Assembly (NCBI GenBank): GCA_030446805.1
Contig: JAUJMO010000001.1
Span: 365,385 to 429,384 of the forward strand
Origin: Caulobacteraceae bacterium
GTDB lineage: Bacteria; Pseudomonadota; Alphaproteobacteria; Caulobacterales; Caulobacteraceae
Reading direction: 5' to 3'
DNA length: 64,000 nt
Shown: positions 1-8,068 of the stretch, in pieces
Layout: each line of letters opens with the position of its first letter
How positions within the stretch are numbered: position 1 is the first letter of the stretch
The notes under the pieces: generated by a model
Database searches by the model: none
What the model saw: the letters and a program-made list of their open reading frames with translations, nothing else
Told to the model about the DNA's origin: nothing
Made by a program: the position numbers and the translations under genes

Positions 1-2
1 CC

Positions 3-788
3 ATGACCATGACCTCCGCCCGGTCCGCCCGTGTGGGTTCCGACAAGTCCGGCCTGCTCCATGAGACCTGGGAGATCGTCAAGACGATCGTCATCGCGCT
101 CCTGGTGGCGCTGATCCTGCGCGTGTTCCTCTTTCAGCCCTTCACCATCCCGTCGGCCAGCATGGAGCCGACGTTGCTGGAGGGTGACTACATCATCGTG
201 AGCAAGTTCGCCTACGGCTACAGCCGGCATTCGGCGCCGTTCAGCCCGCCGGTGATGGAGGGTCGGGTCCTCTACACACCGCCGGAACGGGGCGACATCG
301 TGGTGTTCAAACTGCCGCGCGACGGGCGCACGGACTATATCAAGCGGGTGGTGGGGCTGCCGGGCGACCGGGTGCAGATCCGCGAAGGCGCCGTCTACAT
401 CAATGGAAAGCCGATCCGGCGCCAGGCCGCCGGGGAGGGCGTGGCGCAGAGCCCCTTCGGCTTCGAGCGGCCCGTGGATCGCTATCGCGAAACCCTGGCG
501 GACGGAACGAGCTACATGACCCACGATCTGGGTCCGGACGGGGAAGTCGACAACACGGACGTCTACACCGTGCCTGCAGGGCATTTCTTCATGATGGGCG
601 ACAACCGGGACAACTCGGTCGACAGCCGTTATCCCCCCGAATTCGGCGTGGGCTTCGTCCCGGCCGAGAACCTTGTCGGCAAGGCGGAGATGATCCTCTT
701 CTCCTGGAACGCCGAAGCTTCGCTGTTCAAGCCTTGGACCTGGTTCACCGAAGTGCGCCCCGGCCGCTTCTTCACCCATCTGAAGTGA
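3..788 (+). CDS. lepB: Signal peptidase I
   Basis: ORF 3..788. It has an N-terminal TM segment, the SASMEPTL catalytic-Ser region and GDNRDNSVDSRY, both typical of type I signal peptidase. The true start could be ATG 3 or 9, or lie upstream of the window. Confidence 0.9.
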   Translation: MTMTSARSARVGSDKSGLLHETWEIVKTIVIALLVALILRVFLFQPFTIPSASMEPTLLEGDYIIVSKFAYGYSRHSAPFSPPVMEGRVLYTPPERGDIVVFKLPRDGRTDYIKRVVGLPGDRVQIREGAVYINGKPIRRQAAGEGVAQSPFGFERPVDRYRETLADGTSYMTHDLGPDGEVDNTDVYTVPAGHFFMMGDNRDNSVDSRYPPEFGVGFVPAENLVGKAEMILFSWNAEASLFKPWTWFTEVRPGRFFTHLK

Positions 789-792
789 CGGC

Positions 793-1488
793 ATGAATGC
801 GCGCGCCGAGGCGGTCGGGGCGCTGGAAGCCCGGATCGGCTACCAGTTCATCGACCGGGACCTGCTGGAGCGCGCCCTGACCCACGCCAGCGTGGGCGAG
901 GGCGCCCGGCGCGTGCGCGACAACGAGCGGCTGGAGTTCCTGGGCGATCGCGTCCTGGGGCTGTTGGCGGCCGAGCACGTCACCAACAGCTATCCCTCCG
1001 TCCGGGAAGGGCAGTTGAACACCAAGCTGGTGGGCCTGGTGAACAAGGGCGCCTGCGCGCGGGTGGCGCGGCGCATCGGTCTGGGGCCTGCGCTGCGACT
1101 GGCGCCCGGCGAGACCAAGACCGGCGGACGCGAGAAGGACACCATCCTGGGCGACGCCTGCGAGGCGCTGCTGGGGGCGGTGTATCTGGACGGCGGAATG
1201 GATGCGGCCCGGGCCTGGTTCGCGCGCGAGTGGGCGGAGGAGTTCGCCGCCCTGGACGAACCGCGCGTATCCGATCCGAAGTCGCAGCTGCAGCAGTGGG
1301 CGCTCCAGGTGAAGCGGCAGTTGCCCATCTATCGCGTGGTGGAACGCTCGGGCCCGGACCACGCGCCGGCCTTCACCGTCGAAGTGCGTGTGGACCACCT
1401 GGAGCCGGCCACGGCCGACGGGAAGTCGCGGCAGGAAGCGGAGAAGGCGGCGGCCTTGGCCTTGCTGCAAAGGGAAGGGCGCGCTTGA
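793..1488 (+). CDS. rnc: Ribonuclease III
   Basis: It carries the ERLEFLGDRVLG RNase III signature and a C-terminal dsRNA-binding domain. It starts 4 nt after lepB, which is the classical lepB-rnc-era order. Confidence 0.95.
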   Translation: MNARAEAVGALEARIGYQFIDRDLLERALTHASVGEGARRVRDNERLEFLGDRVLGLLAAEHVTNSYPSVREGQLNTKLVGLVNKGACARVARRIGLGPALRLAPGETKTGGREKDTILGDACEALLGAVYLDGGMDAARAWFAREWAEEFAALDEPRVSDPKSQLQQWALQVKRQLPIYRVVERSGPDHAPAFTVEVRVDHLEPATADGKSRQEAEKAAALALLQREGRA

Positions 1489-2429
1489 GCGAGCAACAAA
1501 CACGGGCGGGGTTCGCCGCCATCATCGGGGCGCCGAACGCGGGGAAGTCGACGCTGGTCAACCGGCTGGTGGGGTCCAAGGTCTCCATCGTCACTCAGAA
1601 GGTGCAGACCACGCGCTTCCCCGTCCGCGGCGTGGCCATCGAGGGTTCCTCGCAAATCGTGCTGGTGGACACGCCGGGGATCTTCACCCCGCGACGGCGG
1701 CTGGACCGGGCCATGGTGCGGGCCGCCTGGGGCGGCGCGGCGGACGCCGACACCGTGGTGCACCTCGTCGATGCAGCGGCCGAGGCCGGCGTGGCGGAGG
1801 GGCAGGCCTCCAGCGCGGACAAGCGCTCCGCGCAGGATGTCGAGACCATCACGGCGGGGCTGAAGGCCGCTGGCCGGAAGGCGACCCTGGCCCTGAACAA
1901 GATCGATCTGCTGAAGCGCGACCGGCTGCTAGCCTTGTCGGAAGCCTTGTTCGCGACCGATGCCTACGACGAGGTGTTCATGATCTCGGCCGCGAACGGG
2001 TCCGGGGTGGCGGACCTGAAGCGGCGCCTGGCCGAGCGGATGCCGGAAGGGCCCTGGTTCTACCCGGCGGACCAGACGGCCGACATACCGGTGCGGTTGC
2101 TGGCGGCGGAAATCACGCGGGAGAAGCTGTTCCTGCGGGTGCACGAGGAGCTGCCGTACCAGGCCGCCGTCGAGACCACGCAGTTCGAAGAACGCCCCGA
2201 CGGCGGCGCGCGCATCGAGCAGACCATCTACGTGCAGCGCGAGGGGCACCGGCCGATCATTCTGGGCAAGGGCGGCCAGACCCTGAAATGGATCGGGGAG
2301 CATTCGCGCAAGGAGCTGACGGAGCTGCTGGACAGGCCCGTGCACCTTTTCCTGCACGTCAATGTGGACGAGCGCTGGCAGGATCGACGGGAGATGTACG
2401 GCGCCGTAGGCCTGGAGTTCGACGTATGA
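1485..2429 (+). CDS. era: GTPase Era
   Basis: This is the in-frame 3' part of ORF 1230..2429. TTG at 1485 overlaps the rnc stop. Motifs are G1 GAPNAGKSTLVN, G3 DTPG and G4 NKID, with a C-terminal KH domain. Confidence 0.9.
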   Translation: MSEQQTRAGFAAIIGAPNAGKSTLVNRLVGSKVSIVTQKVQTTRFPVRGVAIEGSSQIVLVDTPGIFTPRRRLDRAMVRAAWGGAADADTVVHLVDAAAEAGVAEGQASSADKRSAQDVETITAGLKAAGRKATLALNKIDLLKRDRLLALSEALFATDAYDEVFMISAANGSGVADLKRRLAERMPEGPWFYPADQTADIPVRLLAAEITREKLFLRVHEELPYQAAVETTQFEERPDGGARIEQTIYVQREGHRPIILGKGGQTLKWIGEHSRKELTELLDRPVHLFLHVNVDERWQDRREMYGAVGLEFDV

Positions 2430-2947
2430 GGCGCGCGCCCTCCTTGCTGGCGGGGGCTCTGCTGCTGGGCGGATGCGCGTCGTCGCCGGTCGTTGCGCCC
2501 GCTTCGGCGCAGGCCAACGCAACGAGCCAGGCGGAGATCTCGGCCGTGCTGGACGCCTTCCACGGGGCGGCGGCGCGGGCCGACGGCCCGGCCTATTTCG
2601 AGCTGTTCGCGCCCGGCGGGGTGTTCATCGGTACGGATGTCGCGGAGCGGTGGTCCGTGTCCGAGTTCCGCGCCTATGCGGAGCCCTTCTTCAGCAAGGG
2701 GCAGGGCTGGACCTATACGCCCCGGAGCCGCTCGGTGGTGCTAGGGCCGGAGGGCCGGACGGCTTGGTTCGACGAGGTGCTGAACAGCCGGAGCTACGGC
2801 ACGGCCCGGGGGACAGGGGTGCTGGTGCAACGGCCGGAGGGTTGGCGCATCGCCCAGTACGCGCTGACCTTCCCCATCCCGAACGACCTGGCCAAGGAGT
2901 TCACCGGGCGCATCCGCGAGCATGAGGCGCGGCCAGCTGGGCGCTGA
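2426..2947 (+). CDS. NTF2/SnoaL-like lipoprotein (uncharacterised)
   Basis: This is the 3' part of run-through ORF 1388..2947. ATG 2426 overlaps the era stop (ATGA). The lipobox is LLLGGC. The body resembles nuclear-transport-factor-2-like (SnoaL/DUF4440-type) proteins. Confidence 0.6.
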   Translation: MRRAPSLLAGALLLGGCASSPVVAPASAQANATSQAEISAVLDAFHGAAARADGPAYFELFAPGGVFIGTDVAERWSVSEFRAYAEPFFSKGQGWTYTPRSRSVVLGPEGRTAWFDEVLNSRSYGTARGTGVLVQRPEGWRIAQYALTFPIPNDLAKEFTGRIREHEARPAGR

Positions 2948-3678
2948 TGGAGTTCGAGGAGGAGGCCTTTGTGCTGTCCGCCCGCCCGCACGGCGAGGCG
3001 GGCGCGATCGTCGATCTCCTGACCGCCGCTCACGGGCGTTATGTGGCCCATGTGGCCGGGGGCGGCTCACGCAAGATGAAACCCGTTCTGCAGGCCGGCG
3101 CGCACGTCGGCGCGCGTTATCGGGCGCGAACGAGCGAGCAGTTGGGATCGGCGACGCTGGAGCCGCTTGGGGCGGGGCCCTCGGCCTTGTTCGACGACCC
3201 GCTGGCGCTGGCGGGACTGTCGGCGGCCGCCGCGGTGGCGGGCGGGGCGCTGCCGGAACGGGAGCCGCATCCAGGTGCGTTCGACGCCTTTGCCGCACTG
3301 GCGACGGCGTTCGGCCAGCCGGCGATCTGGCCGGCGGTGTTCGTGCGATTCGAGGCGGGGCTGTTGGAGGAGCTGGGCTTTGGCCTGGACCTGACCCGGT
3401 GCGCCTCGACGGGGTCGATGGACGATCTGGTCTATGTGAGCCCGCGTACGGGCCGGGCGGTCAGCCGGACGGCGGGGGAGCCCTACGCCGAACGGATGCT
3501 GAAGCTGCCACCCTTCATGCTGGCGGCTCAGAACCGGCTGCGGCCGGGAGACGTGAGCGATGGGCTGGACTTGACGGGGCGGTTCCTCGAGCAATGGGTG
3601 TTCGGGCCGTTGAACCGACCGCTCCCGCCCGCTCGCGTGTGGATGATCGACCGGCTGCGCGAAGCAGGGCGGCTTTAG
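2947..3678 (+). CDS. recO: DNA repair protein RecO
   Basis: The N-terminal OB-fold sequence (EEEAFVLSARPHGEAGAIVDLLT) is RecO-like. The position after era is conserved. The start overlaps the upstream stop (TGATG). Confidence 0.85.
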   Translation: MEFEEEAFVLSARPHGEAGAIVDLLTAAHGRYVAHVAGGGSRKMKPVLQAGAHVGARYRARTSEQLGSATLEPLGAGPSALFDDPLALAGLSAAAAVAGGALPEREPHPGAFDAFAALATAFGQPAIWPAVFVRFEAGLLEELGFGLDLTRCASTGSMDDLVYVSPRTGRAVSRTAGEPYAERMLKLPPFMLAAQNRLRPGDVSDGLDLTGRFLEQWVFGPLNRPLPPARVWMIDRLREAGRL

Positions 3679-3763
3679 CGGCCAAGGTGTCGCTTTCCGG
3701 TCACGCCAGTCGGACAGAGGCTTAACCACGGTCTGCTAGGCCTGAGGAGCACGCGAGGTCCAG

Positions 3764-4441
3764 ATGACCATGACGGCGGCCAATTTCGACTGTGACCCCC
3801 CGGAGCATTACCCGAACCGGGCGGAGTACGCCGCCGACGGCTGGGTCCATGGGATTGGCATGGCGGCGGCGCTGATCGGCGCCGGCATGTTGTTCACCGC
3901 GGCCCTGGAGCGCGACGGCGTGGCCCAGGCCGCGGCCGTAGCGCTCTATGGCGCCACCCTGGTGGCCATGCTGGCGTGCTCAGCGGCCTACAATCTCAGC
4001 CGTCCATCGAAGGTGCGGCCGTATCTTCGCCGGATGGATCAGGCCGCAATCTTTCTTCTGATCGCGGGATCCTACACCCCCTTCACCACCCAGCGGCTGG
4101 AGGGCGGCTGGGCGGTCGGGATGACGGCGCTGGTCTGGGTCCTGGCCCTGGCCGGGGTGGCGGGCAAGCTGCTGACGGACCGCCTGTCCGAGAAGTTCTG
4201 GTGCGGCGTCTACATCGCCTTTGGTTGGGTGGCGGTGATCGCGGCCAAACCCTTATGGGAGGGCGTGCCCTGGACGGCGCTGACGCTGCTGGCGGTTGGC
4301 GGCTTCATCTACACAGCCGGAGTGGCCCTGTTCCTGGGCAAGTCGCTCCCTTTCCGCCGCGCCATTTGGCACGGCTTCGTGGTGGCTGCGGCCGGCGTAC
4401 ATCAGGCGGCGGTGTGGTTGGGAGTCGTTCTGGCGACCTGA
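3764..4441 (+). CDS. Hemolysin III / PAQR family membrane protein
   Basis: It has 7 predicted TM segments and an N-terminal YAADGWVHGIG motif typical of the HlyIII family. Confidence 0.8.
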   Translation: MTMTAANFDCDPPEHYPNRAEYAADGWVHGIGMAAALIGAGMLFTAALERDGVAQAAAVALYGATLVAMLACSAAYNLSRPSKVRPYLRRMDQAAIFLLIAGSYTPFTTQRLEGGWAVGMTALVWVLALAGVAGKLLTDRLSEKFWCGVYIAFGWVAVIAAKPLWEGVPWTALTLLAVGGFIYTAGVALFLGKSLPFRRAIWHGFVVAAAGVHQAAVWLGVVLAT

Positions 4442-4493
4442 TCGGTGCCGCGCGGGGTAGCATCTTCGCGTCAGCCATGATTCGGGTGCGTCC

Positions 4494-6734
4494 ATGACCA
4501 GACATGTTCCGCCGCCCGAGGGCGAGCGCGTCTTCAACGAGTCCCTCACCGACGCGCTGTCCAAGCGCTATCTCGCCTATGCGCTGTCGACCATCACCGG
4601 GCGGGCGCTGCCGGACGTGCGCGACGGACTGAAGCCTGTGCATCGGCGGCTGTTGTACGCCATGCGCCAGATGCGGCTCAGCCCCGAGGCGGCCACGCGC
4701 AAGTGCGCCAAGGTGGTGGGCGAGGTGATGGGCAACTATCACCCGCACGGCGACAGCTCGATCTACGACGCTCTGGTGCGGCTCGCGCAGGAGTTTTCGC
4801 AGCGCTATCCGCTGATTGAAGGGCAGGGGAACTTCGGCAATCTCGACGGGGATAACCCGGCGGCGATGCGCTACACGGAATGCCGGCTGACGCCTGCGGC
4901 CGAGCTCCTTCTGAACGGCATCGACGAGGACGCGGTCGACTTCCGCCCCACCTATGATGAGAGCGACACGGAGCCGAGCGTGCTCCCCGGCGGGTTCCCC
5001 AACCTCCTGGCCAACGGCTCGTCGGGAATCGCGGTCGGCATGGCCACCTCCATCCCGCCGCACAATGCAGGCGAGCTGATTGACGCCTGCCTGTTGCTGC
5101 TGTTGCGCCCGGAAGCCACGACCGCGGACCTGATGGAGCGCGTGCTGGGCCCGGACTTCCCCACCGGCGGCGTGTGCGTGGAGAGCCGGGCCTCCATGCT
5201 GGAGACCTATGACACCGGCCGGGGCGGGCTGCGGCTGCGCGCGCGCTGGACCGTGGAGGATCTCGGCCGGGGAACCTGGCGCGTGGTGGTGACCGAGATG
5301 CCCTACCAGGTTCCCAAGGCGAAGCTGATCGAGGACCTGGCGGGCATACTGGAGGCCAAGAAGGCGCCCTTGCTGCTGGATGTGCGCGACGAGAGCGCCG
5401 AGGACGTGCGTCTGGTGCTGGAGCCGCGCTCGCGCAGCGTCGATCCGGAAGCCTTCATGGAGAGCCTGTTCCGGTTGTCGGACCTGGAGGTGCGCTTCCC
5501 CGTCAACATGAACGTGCTGGACGCGCGGGGGACCCCGCGGGTCATGGGGCTGAAGCCGGCGCTGCAGGCCTTCCTCGAGCACCGGCGCGAGGTGCTGGTG
5601 CGGCGCTCGCGCTGGCGGCTGGCCCGCATCGAAGCGCGCATGCACATCCTGGACGGATTGCTGATCGCCTATCTCAATCTGGACGAGGTGATCCGCATCG
5701 TCCGCTATGAGGAGGAGCCCAAGGCTCGGCTGATCGAGGCCTTCGCGCTTTCGGACGTGCAGGCCGAGGCGATCCTCAACACGCGGCTGCGGCAGCTGGC
5801 GCGGCTGGAGGAGATGGAGATCCGGCGCGAGCACGAGGCGCTGGCGGCCGAGCGGGCGGGGATCGAAGAGCTGCTGGGCTCCGAGCGCAAGCAGTGGAGC
5901 CGGGTCGGCGACCAGCTCCGCGAGGCGCGCAAGGTGGTTGGGTCGCAGACGGCCCTGGGCAGGCGGCGGACCACGTTTGCGGACGCGCCGGTGATCGACG
6001 AGACGGCGGCGGTGGAGAGCCTGGTCGCACGCGAGCCGATCACGGTGGTGCTTTCGGAGCGCGGCTGGATCCGGGCGGTGCGGGGCAAGGTGGAGGACCC
6101 GAGCGAGCTGAAGTTCAAGGAAGGCGATAAGCTGAGCTTCGTCGTGCCGGCTTTCACGACCGACAAGGTCCTGGTGTTCGCCTCGGACGGGCGTGTGTTC
6201 ACCCTGGCGGGGGACAAGCTGCCGCCTGGGCGGGGACACGGCGAGCCGCTGCGGCTGTTGGTGGACCTGGATGAGCGGGTGAAGCCGGTGGCGGTGCTGG
6301 CGCACAAGCCAGGCCGCCGCCTGCTGGTGGCGTCAAAGACTGGGCACGGCTTCCTCGTGCCTGAGGCGGAGGTGCTGGCCTCGAAGCGCGGCGGCAAACA
6401 GGTGCTGAACGTCGACCCGAGCGATCCGAAGGCGGTCGCGACGCTGTGCCAGGACGCGGACGGGGACCACCTCGCCTTGCTGGGCGACAACAACAAGATT
6501 CTGATCTGCCTGCTGGCCGAGCTGCCTGAGATGGGCCGGGGCCGAGGCGTACGCTTGCAAAGCTACAAGGAGGGCGGGCTGAAGGACGCGCTGGTGTTCA
6601 GCAAGGAGACCGGGCCGGCCTGGATCGACAGCACCGGCAAGCGGCGCGAGTGGAAGGAATGGGAGCAGTGGGTGGGCAAGCGCGCCACCGCGGGAAAGAT
6701 CGCGCCGCGCGGGTTCCGGCGGTTCGCGGCCTGA
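4494..6734 (+). CDS. parC: DNA topoisomerase IV subunit A
   Basis: 746 aa. Motifs are LPDVRDGLKPVHRRLLYAM and the catalytic Tyr region AAMRYTECRL. The length and C-terminal domain fit ParC rather than GyrA. Confidence 0.92.
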   Translation: MTRHVPPPEGERVFNESLTDALSKRYLAYALSTITGRALPDVRDGLKPVHRRLLYAMRQMRLSPEAATRKCAKVVGEVMGNYHPHGDSSIYDALVRLAQEFSQRYPLIEGQGNFGNLDGDNPAAMRYTECRLTPAAELLLNGIDEDAVDFRPTYDESDTEPSVLPGGFPNLLANGSSGIAVGMATSIPPHNAGELIDACLLLLLRPEATTADLMERVLGPDFPTGGVCVESRASMLETYDTGRGGLRLRARWTVEDLGRGTWRVVVTEMPYQVPKAKLIEDLAGILEAKKAPLLLDVRDESAEDVRLVLEPRSRSVDPEAFMESLFRLSDLEVRFPVNMNVLDARGTPRVMGLKPALQAFLEHRREVLVRRSRWRLARIEARMHILDGLLIAYLNLDEVIRIVRYEEEPKARLIEAFALSDVQAEAILNTRLRQLARLEEMEIRREHEALAAERAGIEELLGSERKQWSRVGDQLREARKVVGSQTALGRRRTTFADAPVIDETAAVESLVAREPITVVLSERGWIRAVRGKVEDPSELKFKEGDKLSFVVPAFTTDKVLVFASDGRVFTLAGDKLPPGRGHGEPLRLLVDLDERVKPVAVLAHKPGRRLLVASKTGHGFLVPEAEVLASKRGGKQVLNVDPSDPKAVATLCQDADGDHLALLGDNNKILICLLAELPEMGRGRGVRLQSYKEGGLKDALVFSKETGPAWIDSTGKRREWKEWEQWVGKRATAGKIAPRGFRRFAA

Positions 6735-6780
6735 CAAAAAAGCTGCCCTGGTCGCACAACTTCGTTGCTAACCAGGGCAG
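6735..6780 (-). terminator. Intrinsic terminator hairpin (T-run on minus strand; possibly bidirectional with parC)
   Basis: A 10-bp perfect stem pairs CTGCCCTGGT (6743-6752) with ACCAGGGCAG (6771-6780). On the minus strand it is followed by C-TTTTTT-G (6735-6742). It lies downstream of the minus-strand yegP-like gene and directly after the parC stop. Confidence 0.55.
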
Positions 6781-6880
6781 TGGGCCTCAAGATGAGGGTA
6801 GTTCGATCCTGAGTCGGACTAGGAGGGGAGGCGGTTTCCGGAGCGTCAACTTAGGAGCCGTCCTCTTCCTCCGCCGTAAG

Positions 6881-7048
6881 TTACTCTTCTACGGTGGGAG
6901 TCGACGCCGTCGTGCTCTTCAGCAAGTTGATTGCGTGAATGCAGTCAGACTTGGCGGCGTAAGCTTCGCCGCTCGCAACGATCTCACCGTTATTGGCACG
7001 GAATCGCCAACGCCAGCCATCGCTGGCTTTTCTGATCTTGAAGGTCAT
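6881..7048 (-). CDS. YegP/DUF1508 family small protein (55 aa)
   Basis: This gene is not in the ORF track (<60 aa). Hand translation gives MTFKIRKASDGWRWRFRANNGEIVASGEAYAAKSDCIHAINLLKSTTASTPTVEE. It matches the single DUF1508 repeat pattern (F-x-I-x-K-x-x-x-G-x-[FW]-R-[FW]-R-L/F-x-A-x-N-G-E-I-[IV]-A-x-[SG]-E-x-Y). Confidence 0.7.
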   Translation of the reverse strand: MTFKIRKASDGWRWRFRANNGEIVASGEAYAAKSDCIHAINLLKSTTASTPTVEE

Positions 7049-7151
7049 CGGCCTAGTCTTTCAGTTGCACGGGTGATTCGAACCCGCACGTCAGAATGGC
7101 CCAGATTCCGAAAAGGTAAATGACCGAACCCACCCCTTCTCATGATTCTCC

Positions 7152-7167
7152 TGTGGAGAAGTTCACA
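7152..7167. promoter_or_regulatory. CRP/FNR-superfamily-type palindrome TGTGG-N6-TCACA
   Basis: TGTGGAGAAGTTCACA lies inside a perfect 8-bp inverted repeat (CTCCTGTG / CACAGGAG, 7148-7171). It sits about 105-120 nt upstream of the yegP-like start. It has one mismatch to TGTGA-N6-TCACA. It could equally be a simple hairpin downstream of bpt. Confidence 0.25.
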
Positions 7168-7249
7168 GGAGCCCACGATATGCGCGAAATCTGTGGATAA
7201 CTGGGTCTGCGGCTCTACAGGTTGTGCTCCAGCCTCGGCCTAGAGCCAG

Positions 7250-7981
7250 CTATATGCGTGTCCATCCCGTGAACCGGAGCAACTCCAAGGGGCGGAAGCG
7301 CGCCTTGTAGTCCATCTTGGGAGAGCCGCCGACCCAGTAGCCGAGATAGACATAGGGTATGGCGGTGAGCTGGGCCTGAACGATGTGGTCCAGGATGGCG
7401 AACACGCCGGGGCTGTTCTTGGACAGGGCGGGGTCGAAGAAGCTGTAGACCAGGGACAGGCCGTCGCCGAGAACATCCACGAGGGCGCAACCGGCCAGTT
7501 CGCCGGGGCCGTGATCGCGCGAGGGCTGGCGCCACTCGACGATGTGGGTGCGGGCGGTGGTGTCCTCGACCATGGCGACATAGTCGGGCCAGCTCATGCC
7601 GGTCATGCCGCCGCCCGGATGGCGATGGTGCAGGTAGCGGGTAAGCAGGTCGAACTGTTCTCGGGTGGCCTCCGCCTCCACAAGGTGGCGCTGCAGGTGA
7701 TCGTTGCGCTGCAGAATGCGACGCTCGGACCGGGAGAAGGCGTAGTCCGCCGCCGGCACGCGCGCGCTGACGCAGGCGTCGCAACTCTCGCAAGCCGGGC
7801 GGTAGGCGATGTTCTGAGAGCGGCGGAAACCCACGCCGGTCAGGGTGTCGTTGACCAGGGGGCCGTCCACCACGGGCAGATGGGCGAACACCTTTCGTTC
7901 CTGGCGGCCGGGCAGATAGGGGCAGGGCGTAGGGGCGGTCAGGAAGAAGCGGAGCTGACGCGTGGCGAAATGTTGCGTCAC
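7250..7981 (-). CDS. bpt: Arginyltransferase-family aspartate/glutamate leucyltransferase (Bpt)
   Basis: 243 aa. The N-terminus is RFFLTAPTPCPYLPGRQERKVF. It has ATE_N/ATE_C-like architecture typical of bacterial Bpt. Confidence 0.85.
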   Translation of the reverse strand: MTQHFATRQLRFFLTAPTPCPYLPGRQERKVFAHLPVVDGPLVNDTLTGVGFRRSQNIAYRPACESCDACVSARVPAADYAFSRSERRILQRNDHLQRHLVEAEATREQFDLLTRYLHHRHPGGGMTGMSWPDYVAMVEDTTARTHIVEWRQPSRDHGPGELAGCALVDVLGDGLSLVYSFFDPALSKNSPGVFAILDHIVQAQLTAIPYVYLGYWVGGSPKMDYKARFRPLELLRFTGWTRI

Positions 7982-8068
7982 GGGAACGGGCTCACGGAAC
8001 CGGACTGAGTCTGGGGAAGGTCACCCCTGCGATTTGGGGGTATGCCGCCCGTAATCGCAAGGGCCTTG

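Noticed and set aside
1388-2947. 519-aa ORF spanning era and the following gene
   Set aside because: This is a run-through frame. Only the last 173 codons (from ATG 2426) have protein-like sequence with a lipobox. The 5' part is an out-of-frame read of era.
4305-6305. 666-aa minus-strand ORF
   Set aside because: It is antisense to parC and has an Arg/Pro/Gln/His-rich nonsense composition. parC on the plus strand has textbook motifs.
6795-6825. A second TTCGATCC T-loop-like motif (GGGTAGTTCGATCCTGAG), which together with 7070-7086 might form inverted repeats flanking the yegP-like gene
   Set aside because: The flanking bases do not form a convincing T-stem. Apart from TTCGA(A)TC and a shared GACTAGG heptamer, the two segments do not align. 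The evidence is insufficient to call terminal inverted repeats.
7120-7200. 26-codon plus-strand ORF (MTEPTPSHDSPVEKFTGAHDMREICG) with an AAGG 4 nt upstream
   Set aside because: It is too short and unconserved-looking to support. It spans the palindrome at 7148-7171, which is the more likely functional element.
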